Assembly (NCBI GenBank): GCA_964016885.1
Contig: OZ024741.1
Location: 58,528,001 to 58,592,000, forward strand
Reading direction: 5' to 3'
From: Eledone cirrhosa
Taxonomy: Eukaryota
DNA: 64,000 nt
Under the pieces are notes generated by a model. The model made no database searches. It had not been told where the DNA came from and was given only the letters and a program-made list of their open reading frames with translations. Positions within the stretch are counted from its first letter, which is position 1, and each line of letters begins with the position of its first letter. Position numbers and translations under genes: made by a program. Below, in pieces: positions 36,636-51,400 of the stretch.

Positions 36636-39600
36636 TTAGGTTATTTGCGTCAAAAGTATTTATATTTATCAACAGCCTTTCATAAGAACCTTTGTTTCAA
36701 ACCAGCTTAATAATGATTACTATATCCCTGCAATTTCTTGAATATTTTCAAAATTATTTGTAAACCATGGGCAATGTATTTCATTAAAAATATTGTAATG
36801 AAAGGGTTAAATCAAAATAATTAAACTCAAAATTTCATGATATTTTGTTTGTTTGTTTTTTCTTTCTTTGTCACACACCATCTCTTCTTTTCAAATCTCT
36901 TGATACTTTCTGTTCTCTAGACATTATATAGAAGCAAAGTTTATAAAAGTTAAATAACATTATTTTTAAACTAATGCAAAATAGTTAAATTGCATATTTT
37001 ATTTCAAAGTAGTTTGTAAGCTTGAGATTTACTGATGAAAGAACTTTGCTTCTAAAATGACATAAGCAATCAACAAAAATGAACGATTATTTCTTTAAAG
37101 CAAAAAAATAAAGTTGTTTATGCATTATGAGTTTCATTTTCTGTAAATGTATAAGGAAAAAAAAAAACTAACTAAAACTTAATCAGGATTGAGCATATAT
37201 ATTAGTCAACATGGTTTTTTTTTTTTTCTGCTGTGTTCAAAAATACAATTTTTCATTATTTACTTTCTGGTATTGAATTGTATATTGGAAATATATCTGT
37301 CACAGAATCTTTACAATCTGAATAACTCATTTTAGTTTACTGTATCCTTGTAGGTTTTATTATTTGGGTATCTTGTAGAAAAAACTGATAAATTTAGATA
37401 TTCTTCCAATCTCTCATCACTATAGAAACAGAGTGATTGGTTTCTATAGTTGGATGCTCTTCCTAACATCAACTATTTCACAGCATGTACCAGAGGGATT
37501 TTACTGTGCCACCAGCCCTACCACTTAACAGAATAGGTTGAGTGCCTTTTATCATGGCACCAGCACTACCACTACCACTTTACAGGGTTAGCTGAGTGCA
37601 TTTTATCGTGGCACTAGTAATATCATGTGCAAAATGGACCCAATGTGGCACCAGCATTGCCACTTTACAGAATGAACTGATTGCATATATCTGTATATAT
37701 AACTATATATATAACTGCAAAATATATCTGAATGATTCATTTCAGTTTACTGTATCATTGTAGGTCTTATTTAGGTATTCTGTAAAAAATACAAAAAGAA
37801 CTGATAAATTTAGATATTTTCTTTAATCTCTTATCACCATAGAAACAGAATGGGTCATTTGGGAATTTAAATTGTTTTCTACATCTGAAGAGAATCTTTA
37901 CCAGATTTCAGGTAACTGATGTAGTTTCTGTTACCAGAAATTCACTGTATCTTCATCAGCTGCTGTCCTTTCCTACCTTCTTCAGTTACTTATCATGTAC
38001 TCAGTAATTTGAAACCATGGAGTCAAGGGGGAGGGTCTTAAATTGTTCTCATTCTATTGTCCATGCCCAGAGTATCAAGGCATCACTCTCTATGTATTTA
38101 TTTTATTTTAAGCAGAATGACCATTAACAGCACTTTATACTTTAAATAAATGTAAACACTTTAAAATAAACAAGTTTGTGTCATAGAACCAGTGGCAGTT
38201 TCAGCCGGTTTACTTTCAAAAGTGTTAAAAATGTATTTCAGGAGATATAGATTGTTTACCTTATGACTAATGTAGTTTCTATCTTTGGATTACCAAGCTA
38301 TCATCAGTCTCTAACTTTAGAACTTATTTAATTGGATAATCACATTTGTCCACCAATCTTTAAATAATGGTCCGAGTTGTCAGTGTTTCAGTATAATGCT
38401 TAACGCTATGTGGCACATGTTTTCTAGCTTCTTTTTTTGCTCACTCACTCACCCTTTCCCTCACCCTCACTCACTCATTCACCCATTCACTCCCTCCCTC
38501 TCTCTCTCACTCATTCACTCCCTCTCTCTCTCAACATGTTTCAAACAGTTTAGTCACTGTTCACCATCAGATGATGAGAATTACATCACAAGATATACTT
38601 TTTAAACTAAAATAAAATGATAAAATACATCCAGTATATTGGTGCCATGATAATATGTACAAACTAGACTCTAGAAAGTGATAGTGCTGATATCACAATA
38701 AAAGGCACCCAGTACACTCAGGAAAATGTTAGTGTTGGTCCCACAATAAAATAAAAGCCCACTTGTGAATATTATTCAAAATATATTTAGTGGATATTAA
38801 CTCAATTAACTCCTTTGATACCAACCCCACCAAAGCCAGCTCCTCTTCTATGAAACAAAATCTCTCATTTTAAAGAGTTCCTATTTAAATTAAACCTTCC
38901 AACATCATTTTATATAAGAACCATATGTTAAGTTACTCTTTTGATAATGAAATAATTAATGATTTTAGTAAATCCTTAAAAATTCTTCATTAACTAATTG
39001 AAATAGTGTATTTCATTAGAAATCTGGCCACAAAAGGGTTCTCTCTCTCCCTCTCTCTCCCTCCCCCTCTCTCCTTCTCTTTCTCTCTCTCTCTTGTAAA
39101 TACTAGTGGATATTTGAAATAAAGTCTATTATGAGTGATTCATCATAATTGTTTTAGCAGTTAATACTATATAGAATATATATTTATTTCATTATAAGGA
39201 ATACATATAGTCCCTACAATACTTTTCATTGTCAGTTGCATTGCTACTGAATTGGAAACAACTCGTTAACTTTAGTGATGGATTGCCGATTAAATAGGTA
39301 GTTTTCAAGAATGTTTACATTTCATGTGTAATCATAGTTTAATACTACTACAGCAGCATGTCAGAGATGTGGAGGGATAGAGCTGGAGCTGTCATGTCTG
39401 AACTGATGATGCTGGGGAAAAGTTTTAATAGTTCATTTACTTTGCAATCAATCTTTATCAATTAGTATAATGGCAGTGAAATAATTATTGATTACCGATG
39501 TCATTTGAGATAAATTTCACACTTCTCACCACTTAAAATAGGCAACAACGAAGAAGAATATAATTTTTAGTGATCTCTTTTCAATTATTCAGATTTGACT

Positions 39601-39785
39601 TTTCTTCTTTATATTATATTGTTGCTATTATTATTGTCATTAGTCTTATGTTAATACTTTTTTTGTCTTTATTTTATATTCACCATCATTTTATGGCTGT
39701 CTTTTCCTACTTGCATGGGTTGGACAGGCCTTCTCCAGCACAGTCTCCCTCCACCTACTGTTTCCTTCATTGTCTCCTCTATGAG

Positions 39786-39892
39786 ATTATTATTATTATT
39801 ATTCTAATTACTATTATTATTATCATTATCCTTATTATTGTTATCCTTATTATTGTTATCCTTATTATTATTATTACTATCATGATCATTAT
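39786..39892. repeat. (ATT)n-like microsatellite
   Basis: Direct inspection. Confidence 0.9.
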
Positions 39893-41313
39893 TCTATACT
39901 CTTTTTTCACTTTTGTAGTAATTCACTAATTGAAAGTGACAGATGGCAAGATAACAGGTTCTTTGGTATACTTGAGAATTGATTTTAGTGTAGCTACTAC
40001 TACATATTGCTTTCTCGTGGTCTTTTCTGAGTTCAGCTGAAATTGAAAATCACAAACAAATTGTGAATAATGGAATAATAGAAGAATGGTAGCCGACTCT
40101 ACTTAAGTAGTCTTTTACAAAACCTAAACTTTTCCATACTTTCAAATAGACGTTAATTACAATAGCAATTTTAGATTAAGATATCTACTTACTGAAGAAA
40201 ATAAAATGATTATATTTTCAACATTTCTCAATTTATTTTATCATACATATTGAACTCTTTATCATATTTATGTAGCATACAACTTGAATATAATATGACC
40301 TCCTGTTTCTACTACTCCCCCCCCCCCCCAAAAAAAATGCTATACATTACACCCTTATGTAATATACAGACCTGGAATATAGTAGACCATGTCTATGTAC
40401 AATTTTTGGTAAACTTGTACTGTGTTATCGAACAGATTCTCAATCTCACCACATATTTCAATACAATATTCAGTTTCTATGATGTTAAAAAATGTAAAAA
40501 AATCATTATGTCCTGGGTTTGATAACATCATGTGGCATCTTGGGCAAGTGTTATTAACCATAGTCTTGTGTTGACCCACATCTTGTGAATGAAATTAAGT
40601 CGATGGAAACTGTTTGGAAGCCCATCAAATGGTCTGTACCAGTAATTCAAATGGCTGGCCTTGTCACACACTATCATTTGAATCTCCCAGAGAATTACAT
40701 AATGGGTACATGTGCCTGTGGAAAGCTCAGTCACTTACATGTTAAATTTATGAGTGAGCGCTTTCATTAATTGACTTACTGGAACACTCATTGTTTAAAA
40801 TGATGTAGGTCCATTCCAACTCATATTAGAATACATACAGTGTTTAATAAAATTAGTTAACTCACAGGAACTGAGATATTCCAATAATGAAAGAATACCC
40901 CTTTCACAAATTCAGTATATTTAAGTATTAAATATTATCTTTTACTTCTGCTGTCTCAGGGCATTAAACCTTTTGATACCATAGTCCTAATGAAATATAA
41001 TGCATATGATTTTGAAAATAATCAGAAATTTGGAAGGATTTAGTAATATAATTAATTATAATTAATCTATTCATCAAGTTGGTGTTTAGAACATAAGAAA
41101 TGTTCTTAATAAAAAAAATTAGGATAGAAGGTTTTAGAGAAATAAAGACACTTTAAAACAAGTGGCTTTGTATCATAGTACTAGATGAGGTTTCAGGCAG
41201 CTTGGTATAAAAATATTGGGAAAAGATTATACCATAGTATCTTGACTGCAGATGAAATTGAACTCACTAATCCAGCTTGTTGTATTGTTAACATTTCCAT
41301 GACATTATTTAAT

Positions 41314-41496
41314 GGTGGATTGGCAGTATCGGTAGAGGGTCGGACGCCATGCTTTCCAGCATAGAGTTACGTCGCTTTACAGTCTGAGTTCAAATCCCGC
41401 CGAGGTTAACTTTGCCTTTCATCCTTATGGGGTCGATAAAATAAAGTACCAGTAATGCACTGGGATAATTGCTGGCCTTGTGCCAAAGTAGAAACA
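41314..41496 (+). mobile_element. Same young SINE
   Basis: 10-bp TSD attatttaat at 41304-41313 and 41497-41506. Confidence 0.9.
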
Positions 41497-42879
41497 ATTA
41501 TTTAATAAAATACACTCTATTTCTGTACTAAGATAACTTCACATTCTGGAAGATTTTACTTGAAGTTTTTTGTGGCTTTATCTCATAAAAGCAGAGCTGG
41601 TTTTGGCCAGGTTAGTACGAAATGTTTAACCCTTTTGATACTTGACTGCCTGAAACCATCCCTGATTCTGGTATACAAGACTGTTCACTTTAAAGTGTTT
41701 ATATTTATCTAAAAACCTTTGTTATACTCCAAATTTCTGATTATTTTCAAAATGATATGAAAATTGTAGGCAGTGTCTTTTATTAAAGGGTTAGAAACAA
41801 TTATAGCATTATATCTTGGTTGCAGATGAATTTGAACTCAATAATCCAGCCTGTTGGATTGTTAAAACTCTCTTTACCTCTCTAAATGAAATTACCCTGG
41901 CAGTTAAGTCAAGAATGTGAAAAGAACTGAAAGGTTAAATTCGCTGACAACTAATTATACTGATAATAGTTTGGGAAAGAAATAGTGTTTATTCCTCATG
42001 TGCAGAGAATAAATAACTTGATCTGTTAATCACATCTTACTGTTTGACATTTGCTGCCTTGGCTCCGATTTATCTGAAATTACTTCCAACATTAAACTGG
42101 TTCATCTATATTTTCAATAAGTTGCTGAAGACATGGAAGAGTCAGATATCTCTCGAAATGTCAAATATAATAAAATTATTTCTTGCTGTTGCTCTTTGTT
42201 TATAATTTTGTAAGTGTTTATATATACATATATGTACACACTCACTCACACATACATATATGTGTGTGTATATATAATGTATATATTAACTTAAGAGATT
42301 GTAACCCCCTACAAGATATTAAATACAATGAAAAACAAAAAAAATCAACAAAAACACTAGAATAACAAACTGATTTTAAAAATTGAATAAATAAATTCAT
42401 TTTGAATTCTACTGACAATTGAAAGACAATCTCATTGCTCAGATTTCTTATAGTTAAAAACTTTATTTTCATGGAAAAATATCTATTCCGTATTAAATTC
42501 TACAACTTATCAAGAATTTTGTTAAATATTTATTTTTTGTTTTTTTTATCATTTTCTGTGACATAGCTATTGCTCTCTTTAACTCTTTTTACTGGCTTCA
42601 CTCATTAGATCATGGCTATGCTTGGGCATCACCGTCATTTAGTTGATCATATTAGGCCCAATACACTTTTTTAAGTTTTGTGGTTATTTTATTGAACTGC
42701 TAGAGAAATAAAAAAAAAAACACATATAAACACACACAAACACACACATATGTACACTAGAATCTGTTGTGCCATTGACACAGCTGAGGGGTTCTCTCTA
42801 CTATCTTAGACATTGTTTCAACAGCAGGGTGCCTTTCCTGTTACCAGCCACCTTACAGGGTGCATTCCATGGCACCATC

Positions 42880-44395
42880 ACTAGAGAGGTTAGTCAGAGT
42901 CCAGCTGAAGCATCCTATCTTCCATATGTATCACATGCCCATGCCAACACAGTCTTCTCTCTTTCCCACTACATCCAATTCCTCTTATGCCAAGTTTTTC
43001 TCTCAGTCCACTTTATGCTATATTGTTCATGCACACTAACATTAAATATCCATTGGAGCATACTCCATTTTCTTCCACCCTTTGCATGTCTACGTTTCAC
43101 TGCCATGTAGCATTGTTGTTTGTATGCAGGCATCATACAGTCTATCCTTCACTCTGAGGAAGAAGCCCTTTGTTGTCAGAGATATCGGCTATCTAAACTT
43201 CTTCCAGCCTCTACTGATACTGGCTATTACACTTCCAGTGCATCCTCCTCAACTCCTAAGCTACAGAAGTTGTTGACAGTTTCTAAGGAGCCTCCCATGC
43301 AGCTGAAGGAATCTTTCACATTTGCTCTTAGTGTTTATTTCTCTTGTGCATCTACCACATACAAACTCTATCTTTTCTGTTAGCCTGCCTTCAATTCCAC
43401 TATACCTCATGTGTGCCCATAGATTACATTGTGTGTACCTGATAGATTTTCAGCTCACCCCTTTCTATCATATTAAACAAAGTCCCTTTCCTGATGGTAC
43501 TGGCCTCCTTGTCCTCTTTCCTACTTGTTAAGATTTTCAGCTTTGCTAGGTTTACTTTTCGGCCTTTCAACTCTAGGTTCTTTCATGCATGAAATTGTGT
43601 CGTCTCCCCCCCCCCCCCCCCCTTCATGGATTCAGCTATAAGGATTAGGTCATCAGCATATAGGAATTCCCAAGGAGTGCTAGTTTTGAATTCCTCAGTT
43701 ATAATCTGAAAGACAGTGATAAACAGAAGTGGGAGCCCTGGTGGACCCCCTAATTCTCACTTTGCTGGGTACACCTTTATACATGGCCTGCACTGCCCTC
43801 ATGAGCCATTCATCTACAGCTAGCTTCCTAAGTGACCTCTAAATTACAGAGTGTGGGACCCTGTCAGAGGATTTCTCCATATCTACTAAAGCCAAACACT
43901 GGCTTACTCTAAGCTAAGTACCTCTCCTGTAGTCTCACCAGAAAGAGGGCATTGGTCCCTACCTGGCATAAATACAAACTGCATCTCATCTAACTTGATT
44001 CTGTCCCTAAATAGTTGTGATAACCCTTTCAGCAACATTTATGACCTGGTCCATCAACTTGGGACCTATGTAGTTACTTTTCTTTAGTGCATCTCCTTTG
44101 CCTGTGTACCATTTTATGATGATACTGATGCACAGCCATTGGGTTTGACCGTTTCCTGTACTTTTTGGTTAACTATGCATCTAACTATCTCATATCCTAC
44201 TATACCAGATGCTTTTAACATTTCAGCAACTATACCAGATGGCCCAACTGCCTTCCTTACCCTCATTTTTTTTATTTATCAAATTGCTGTCAACTTTTAT
44301 AGCTAGTCCCTCTACTTCATTCATTAAGGTGGTCTGTAAGAGGACCTCATAGTAGTCCTTTTGCTTGTTTAAAAATTCAGCTTGTGAGGTATATA
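42880..44395 (-). mobile_element. Older decayed RTE LINE fragment (RT region) related to the 34-36 kb copy
   Basis: Minus strand reads PWEFLYADDLILIA near 43635-43676, has VDMEKSSDRV-like and LYDACIQT-like motifs and a degenerate PHD segment, and contains many stops. Confidence 0.88.
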
Positions 44396-44544
44396 TAGAG
44401 GGTATCGGGACCAAGTTGTGTCTAAGTGTGTGTGATTGTATGTATATATTGATTGTATGTATATACGAATATTTGTGTGTATATATATATATATATATTT
44501 GATGTATATTTTTGTACATCTGTATATGAATGATGGTTCTGCTG

Positions 44545-45060
44545 CAGTTCATCTGGGCAGCTTTTAAGGAAAATAAGAAACGTCTAACCTCTTTGTATCA
44601 AACATAAAATCTATAAGTCATATGCCCTACCTATTGTCCATTATGATCTTGAATGTATGAACTGGACCTCATCCATGAATGATAAAGTTGAAACCTTTCA
44701 AAACTATAGAATGAGTTTCATGACAAACCACAAACTTCTTGACCATATAAAAGTTGTGGATCTACTAGAAGCTGCTAAACTAGTTTCTATAGTGTACATC
44801 ATAAAAAGCAAAGTCCTGAAGCTCTTTGGTCACATAAAATGTTCACAAACAGGATTTCTAAAACATGTATGGAGGATATTATTCAGGGTTAAAGAAGTAG
44901 GGGTAGGCCACCACAGCACTGGCAAGGCAAAGGCTATAAATGGTCTAGTATGGCTTTATATTAAGTTTATATGTGCTATATGAAGCTACACAAAATAGGA
45001 ATCTTTGAAAGAACTAAGTTATGTTAGTGCACAATCTCCTGCAGTAAGAGACAGCAAATG
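44545..45060 (+). mobile_element. Old RTE-like LINE 3' fragment
   Basis: IIKSKVLKLFGHIKCS and a frameshifted KRSRGRPPQHW motif. Confidence 0.6.
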
Positions 45061-45835
45061 AAAAGAAAAAAAATTATGTATGTATATATATATATATTAT
45101 GTGTGTGTGTATATGTATGTATATTTATCATTTATATCGGATGATTTAGCTATTAAGTAGATCTAATCATTTCGATTAGCAGATCGTGATGTAATAAGGA
45201 AAAAGCACTCAATGTCTGTTGTAGTGATCATGTCACAGCAAAGTTTCGAAAAAGACCAGCTTGGAATTTTAATCAGTTACAATCAGCTTTACTTTAGGAT
45301 TGATTTGTATATGTGTATATGTATGTATATATCTATGTGTATATGTAAATATGTGTATATATAAATATGTGTATATATCTATATATGTGGGTGTGTATTT
45401 GTGTCAGTTTTTGTCTATGTTCTGTAACCTAGTAGTCTGACAAAAATGAGCTGAAGAAAATAAATACCAGACTAAAAAATATAAGTACTAGGCTCAATAT
45501 GGTCAGCTAAACCAATGCATTGCTTCATCTTGGCCACAGTCCAATTATTGAAACCATATATATATATATCACTTCAAAAGAATTTTTACAAATTTCTAGT
45601 TTCAGTGGTTAATAATTATCTGTGAATTGGCAGAATCTAACTGAGTGTGTACATTGTATTTCATCTCCAGTGAAATCACTTAACTCTACTTGACCTAGAG
45701 TCAAATGGTTAAGTACTAGTCAAGTACTTGGGTCAGTTTCTTTCTCTCAACTGGTCTAATGGAATCCCCACTCCTCTCTCTGAATAAGTTGCATATTTAT
45801 ATATATTTTATTCCACCTATCTATAGGTACTAGAA

Positions 45836-46142
45836 CAAGGGTCTCAAACACACAGCCCACAAACTCCTTTTGTATGGCATGCAACAGTACAGTTTTCATT
45901 ACTAATTAAGGAAAATTTTAAACCCTACTTTTTGTATTTAATTCACATAATACACACACTATCGTATGTGTAATTATTTTGTGTAATTATTTTGAATAGC
46001 AACCTATCAACTTTATTGTAGATTAGCTTTACAACTGGTAGAAATCACGCCCCCCCCCCCCCCCCCCCCACCTCATTTTAGTTTTGGACTGCTCTGCCTC
46101 TTCCCCTTAGATGTAATGGCCGTTTTGATTTTGAGGCCCCTG
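45836..46142. mobile_element. hAT (Charlie-like) non-autonomous element
   Basis: TIRs caagggtctcaaa / tttgaggcccctg and an 8-bp TSD tactagaa (45828-45835) / tactaaaa (46143-46150). Confidence 0.8.
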
Positions 46143-46399
46143 TACTAAAACATCTTAGTGCAAATTTTCTCTGGTATGTTCCATAGTCTACTGCACATCA
46201 ATCCATGCTTTGGGGGTTTCAGTAACATACATATTTTTCTATGAGAAGAGGTTGGTAATGCCTCACTGCTCAACCTTTTTACATCTTGGGACAGAAGGAC
46301 TTTATTAGTGGCCTCCTTAGATCCTTCTTTCTCGTGGTACAATATAGCCACTACCTTAGCAGAAGTTGTTAGCTCCTCACTTCTCAACCTTCTATACAT

Positions 46400-46690
46400 T
46401 TTGACAAAGGGTACACTGTGAATGGTCTCCCTAGACCCTTCTTACAGTACAATGTAGCAACTAACTTGGGTGTCAGCAATCACAACACAGAAGAGCAGAA
46501 TATAACCAAATATCAGGCATTAGCTAACTGATTATTTTTTGTCGTGGTTGCCATTGAGACCTCCAGTGTCCTCAGTCCCCACTTTCAAATTAGGAAAAGG
46601 GCATTACACTTGAGGATGTAGCTCTGTGAGGTAAAATGGTCACTGCTACAGATATCACAAGCTGTTCTCTGCAGTAAGATGCAGCTGAGA
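46400..46690 (+). mobile_element. CRE-like non-LTR retrotransposon remnant (restriction-like endonuclease C-terminus)
   Basis: From 46490: EEQNITKYQALAN*LFFVVVAIETSSVLSP, then WSLLQISQAVL. This matches the ExxKxxKY...FVPVAIETxGVxGP...QRIS motif as I recall it. Confidence 0.6.
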
Positions 46691-47714
46691 TATAACGTCC
46701 AGCTGAAAATATAGACCCCCCCCCCCTCCCTTTTATTTTTCTGTCTTACTGTTACTTATGCTATTCTTTTACTGGTTTCAGCTGTTATGCTGTTGCATGG
46801 CCTTACTGGGACTTATTTGGATTTATTGATAGTAGTACTTGATTTTTCAAGTTATTTTATCGATCTCTATTTTGCTGAATTGCTGAGTCACGGGACAGTA
46901 AACATAAACACCTATGCATACACATGCACAAGCTTTCACAGTTTCTATTTACCAAATTTCACTGACAAGGTTTTGGTTAGATTGAGGTTTTAGTACAAGA
47001 CATGCAGTAGGAGTGAATGCAAAACCTTATAGTTGCAAAGCAAACTCCGTAACCACACATCTATGCCCGCTTCTTCTACAGTTGTTTATAATATATATTA
47101 TCATGTAATCAATTTTTAATTCTAGAGAAAGGGAGAGTGAGAAGAACTGACCACGGCACTTGGCTAGTACTTATCCCATTGACCCCAAGCACTAGACATA
47201 TATCCTGTCTGGAAGGAAATTCATATTTAATCCACTCAGAGCTACTCTATAGAAATACATGTCTGCCAAGTTCACGTATACAATTCTTTAAAGTAATTTT
47301 GTCAGCATTATGGCTCAAGATTAAATATTTTCAATGAAAACTATTATTTTTAATTTAGGTATAATTGTTTGGCTTCATCTGAAACTATATATTGAAACTG
47401 AAACAATTATATTGTAGAAGAGTCATTTTAATCACTTTACTTTTCAAATGCCATACTTTTAATATGAGACACTTTCTATGATTTTCAAATAATTTAGTAA
47501 TAATCAGAAATTTGGAATATAAATTTTTCATTAAGGTGTTTGGAACATAATTTAGCTAAAGTTCTTACATAAAATTATGAAGGTAGGATTTTAGATAAAT
47601 ATAAACACTTTAAAATAAACAGTTTTGTATTTTATAACCAGGGGAGGTTTCAAACGGTTTGGTCCCCAAAAGGTTAAGTACACACAAAAACTTCACATTT
47701 TGTTTATTTCTTAA

Positions 47715-47817
47715 TCATCATCGTTGTCATTATCATCATTGTCATTATCATCATCGTTGTCATTATCATCATCACCACCACTACTATCACCACCATTATC
47801 ATCACTATCATTGTCAC
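47715..47817. repeat. (CAT/CAC)n-like microsatellite
   Basis: Direct inspection. It explains the poly-His ORF. Confidence 0.9.
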
Positions 47818-48254
47818 CAGTTCACTGCAGTAACAGACAACCACAGTCTTTCTTCACTTATTGTAGATTTCATAAGCAGTAGTGGTTTTGTGGTTGAGAA
47901 ATTGATTAGCCCTAGCCATTTGTGGGATTTGAACTCAGGATGTGAAGTACAGAAACAAATACAACAAAGCATCTCTTCCAATACCCTAACAGTTTCTCCA
48001 ATTCACTGTCCTTGACTTGGTACATTATTTACCGACCTTGAATTGATGAAACGCATAGTTTACTGGCCTTGGTGGGATTTGAACTCAGGAGACAGAGAGC
48101 TGAAACAAATACCGCGAAGCATTTAATCTAATGCTCTAAGAACTACTAATTCAGTCTTAATAATACTGTGTATTATGAAGGATCGAAAAGTTTTATCACT
48201 CTTCTGTGATCTAATCACTGACACAATACCACAGAATCTCTGAGATGACAGTGG

Positions 48255-48495
48255 AAGTGTGTCACCTCATTACATGGATTGGACAATTCTTCTCTAGCAC
48301 AACCTCCCGAAACCTGTCACATTCTTTTGTCATCTTCTCTGCGAAGTTCAGCATCTTAAGATCAGCTCTCACTACTTCTGTCCAGGTTGATTATGGTTGT
48401 CCTCTTCTGCTGCTACTTTTCACTGGGATCTTTTTGGCATTTCTTCATCCAACAATCAACATCTATACACATCATGGGTTCACACCAGTGCAATA
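48255..48495 (-). mobile_element. RTE 3' fragment
   Basis: Antisense similarity to 27750-27950 (agagctgatcttaagatgctgaac, gaagatgacaaaag). Confidence 0.75.
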
Positions 48496-51400
48496 CAGTA
48501 AATGCAAAATGAATATAACATTTTTTGTGTTTTAAAATGGCGAAACTAACTCTTCTACGATGTAATTATTATAATTAATGATAATTATAATGTTAGTTCA
48601 TTGAATATCTTGTGTGAAAACTTGTCCTATCTAACCTTGTAACTCATCGATATTCTTTTTTAATATTCCTACATTTCCATAAAAACATCAATACTCTCAC
48701 CATCACTACTATTACTACCTCTTTTATTACTACAAATATATCTATTATATCATTTCTATATTAACATATGTCTGCCAACAAACAATAGATTATGTATCCA
48801 CAAAATGTTTAATTTAACCCTCAAGATCATGTAATAATTTAGTAAAGAATATCTAAATACAGGTTTCTTAATTCAAATGTTTATAGTATCTTGCAGTAAT
48901 TGTACTGTTTTATACTTTTCAAGAATGTCTTTGTAATGTGGTTTCATGTAGTTTGTTAATTCAAATGTTCTTGGTATATTTACCAGTGAACAGATCATTT
49001 TGAAAATTTGCAATATTAGAATAACAATTTTAATTTTTAATGTGATGCAGTCATAGTACCATTTTGAACTTTACATGAATGTCTTGTTAATGCAGTTTCA
49101 TACAGTCAAGGATGTTAAGAGTTAACCTACAAGTCTGTCCAAAACAATGAATAGTGCATCCATAAAATTGTTTACCTTTTTTTTGTTTCATCATCACATT
49201 ACTTTGTTTTATGCTGTCCATATTTTAACATCTTTATATATTCTGTTGCGGAATTCTTCTAAGCTTTAGAATGTGAAAACAAAAGGTTAGATAACAGCAG
49301 AGCTAATTGGATCAAAATCTGAAGCAGCAGTGCATGCCAGAGATAATTTCACAGCAATTAAATTTTATCAGAATATCTTCTGTTCTCTTACAGAAAATAG
49401 AAATCTTTTTCTTTCTTCTACATGATTTCATTTCATTTTTCAAAAGAACTTTTTATTTAGCATAATGTCATTATTTCTTTTATAATTTTATCGAAAAGTT
49501 GCATCTTAACAAAAGAAAACTTAAAAAAAGGGAGGTGGCGGAAATGCACCTCTTAGGCATATTCTCAAAATAGAAAACCACTAATGAAAATGTTTCAAAT
49601 CTTTTATATCATTTTATATCAAGTGAGACAAGTTCGTGTTTTACAAAAAATTCCTTATATTAGCAATCATAGGCATCCAATGTTCCAATAGATTTCAAAG
49701 TTAGATGGCGGCAAATTCACTTTCAGTCAATCAACGTTGTTAGGGAAAAAAGTTAATGTGTTGATGTGGGAGTGCATAACTATGCATGTGTGTGTGTGTG
49801 GGGGGGGGGGGGTATAGGGAGTGCATGTCTATGCACCTGTGGAGGGAGTATTATATGTGTATTATCATCATTTTATGTACATTTTATCATGGCACTAATA
49901 TTGAGATTGTCAGGTCATTGACTTGGCTGAGGTGTACTCTTTACTTTATTCTATTACTTGTTGAAGATATAAATGTGTGTGTGTGTGTGAAACTGGATAT
50001 CGGATTAATTATCTTGATAATTGTTTCAGCTTGCTGTACTCTGAGTTCAACTTTACATTGCATTCTTTCAGGATCAATAAATATAGTACCAGTGTACCAA
50101 TCTTGGGGTGATGGATTGGCAGAATTGTTAGTCAGATGGGGATGCTTTGTGGTGTCTGTGGTGCAGTTTGAGATCAAATACCAGGCGTTATAACCTGTTG
50201 ATAATTCAAGCAATAGAAACATTGTTTCTTTAGTCTGGTCTGATCATCAGCTCCATTCCTTTTTCCATATGTGAAATTCTTAAGAGTTTGGAAGAACTTC
50301 CTATCCCTATAAACAACCAATTGATGATTGTGTCTGCACCTAAAAGATTAGTGATTTGCTATTTTGATGAAAGTTCCTCCTATGTTACTACTTTGACCTC
50401 TCCTCATTAAAACAAAGCAGTATTCTATATCTGTGATCTGTACTCAGGAAAATCTCACACAAGTTAGATGCGATAATCTTATTGGTGGTGGTGTGGCAGT
50501 GGAGCCCTCAAGCCCAAAATTGGAACAGAATGGAAAATGTAGAACTCTCTTGTGTGTATTCCAACTCTGTAAAGTATTAAAATGATAAAATTCACCCTGT
50601 ACACAGTGCGAAGTGGTTAGTGTTAGGAAAGACATTCAACTATAGAAAACACACCAAATTGAAATGTATGAGCAAATAGTAGTCTTTTAACCAGTTTGGT
50701 CTCAAGATGTGACATGTCCAGGCCATGCTAGCATGGAAAACAGGCATGAAACAGTGGTGGTCAAATATATGTGTGTGTGTGTGTGGCAGGGGATAATTCA
50801 AGATTGCTGAAATAGTTATCAAATGGCCTAATACGAACGTGAATGGTAAAGCATTTATTCTATACAAAGAAATAAAATATGGGTTGGTGTCTATTGGAAA
50901 GAGCTTCTGTTCATAGAACTGCCTCAGAAAGTCTCATTCAACCCATGCCAACATGGAAAAGCAGATGTAAAAAAACAATGATGATGGTGATAATGGCAAT
51001 GATGATGATGATAACAAGGAGGGTGATAAAATTTAATCTGATTCCCAACTTGTATAATAAACTAAATGCTACCTGACCTATTACATTTTACATTAAAACA
51101 AAACAAACAAGAAATGAGGCACGTAGTTTTAACTCTAGAAGTAAATATTTTCCTTAACATCATAACATAAATCCAAATGTCAAGTAAGATGGATATATCT
51201 GATCATGTATTACAAGTTTAAAGAGTATTATATCTATCTAAAACTTTCCATCCAAATTCTTTATTATTTTCCAAATTAATTGAAAATCATAGGTAGTTTC
51301 TTTCATTAGAAATATAGTAATGAAAGGGTTAAAAGAAAACATCAAATAAAAATAAAATGGCATGTATTTCTAAATCTGGAATAAAATATTTTCCTCACAT

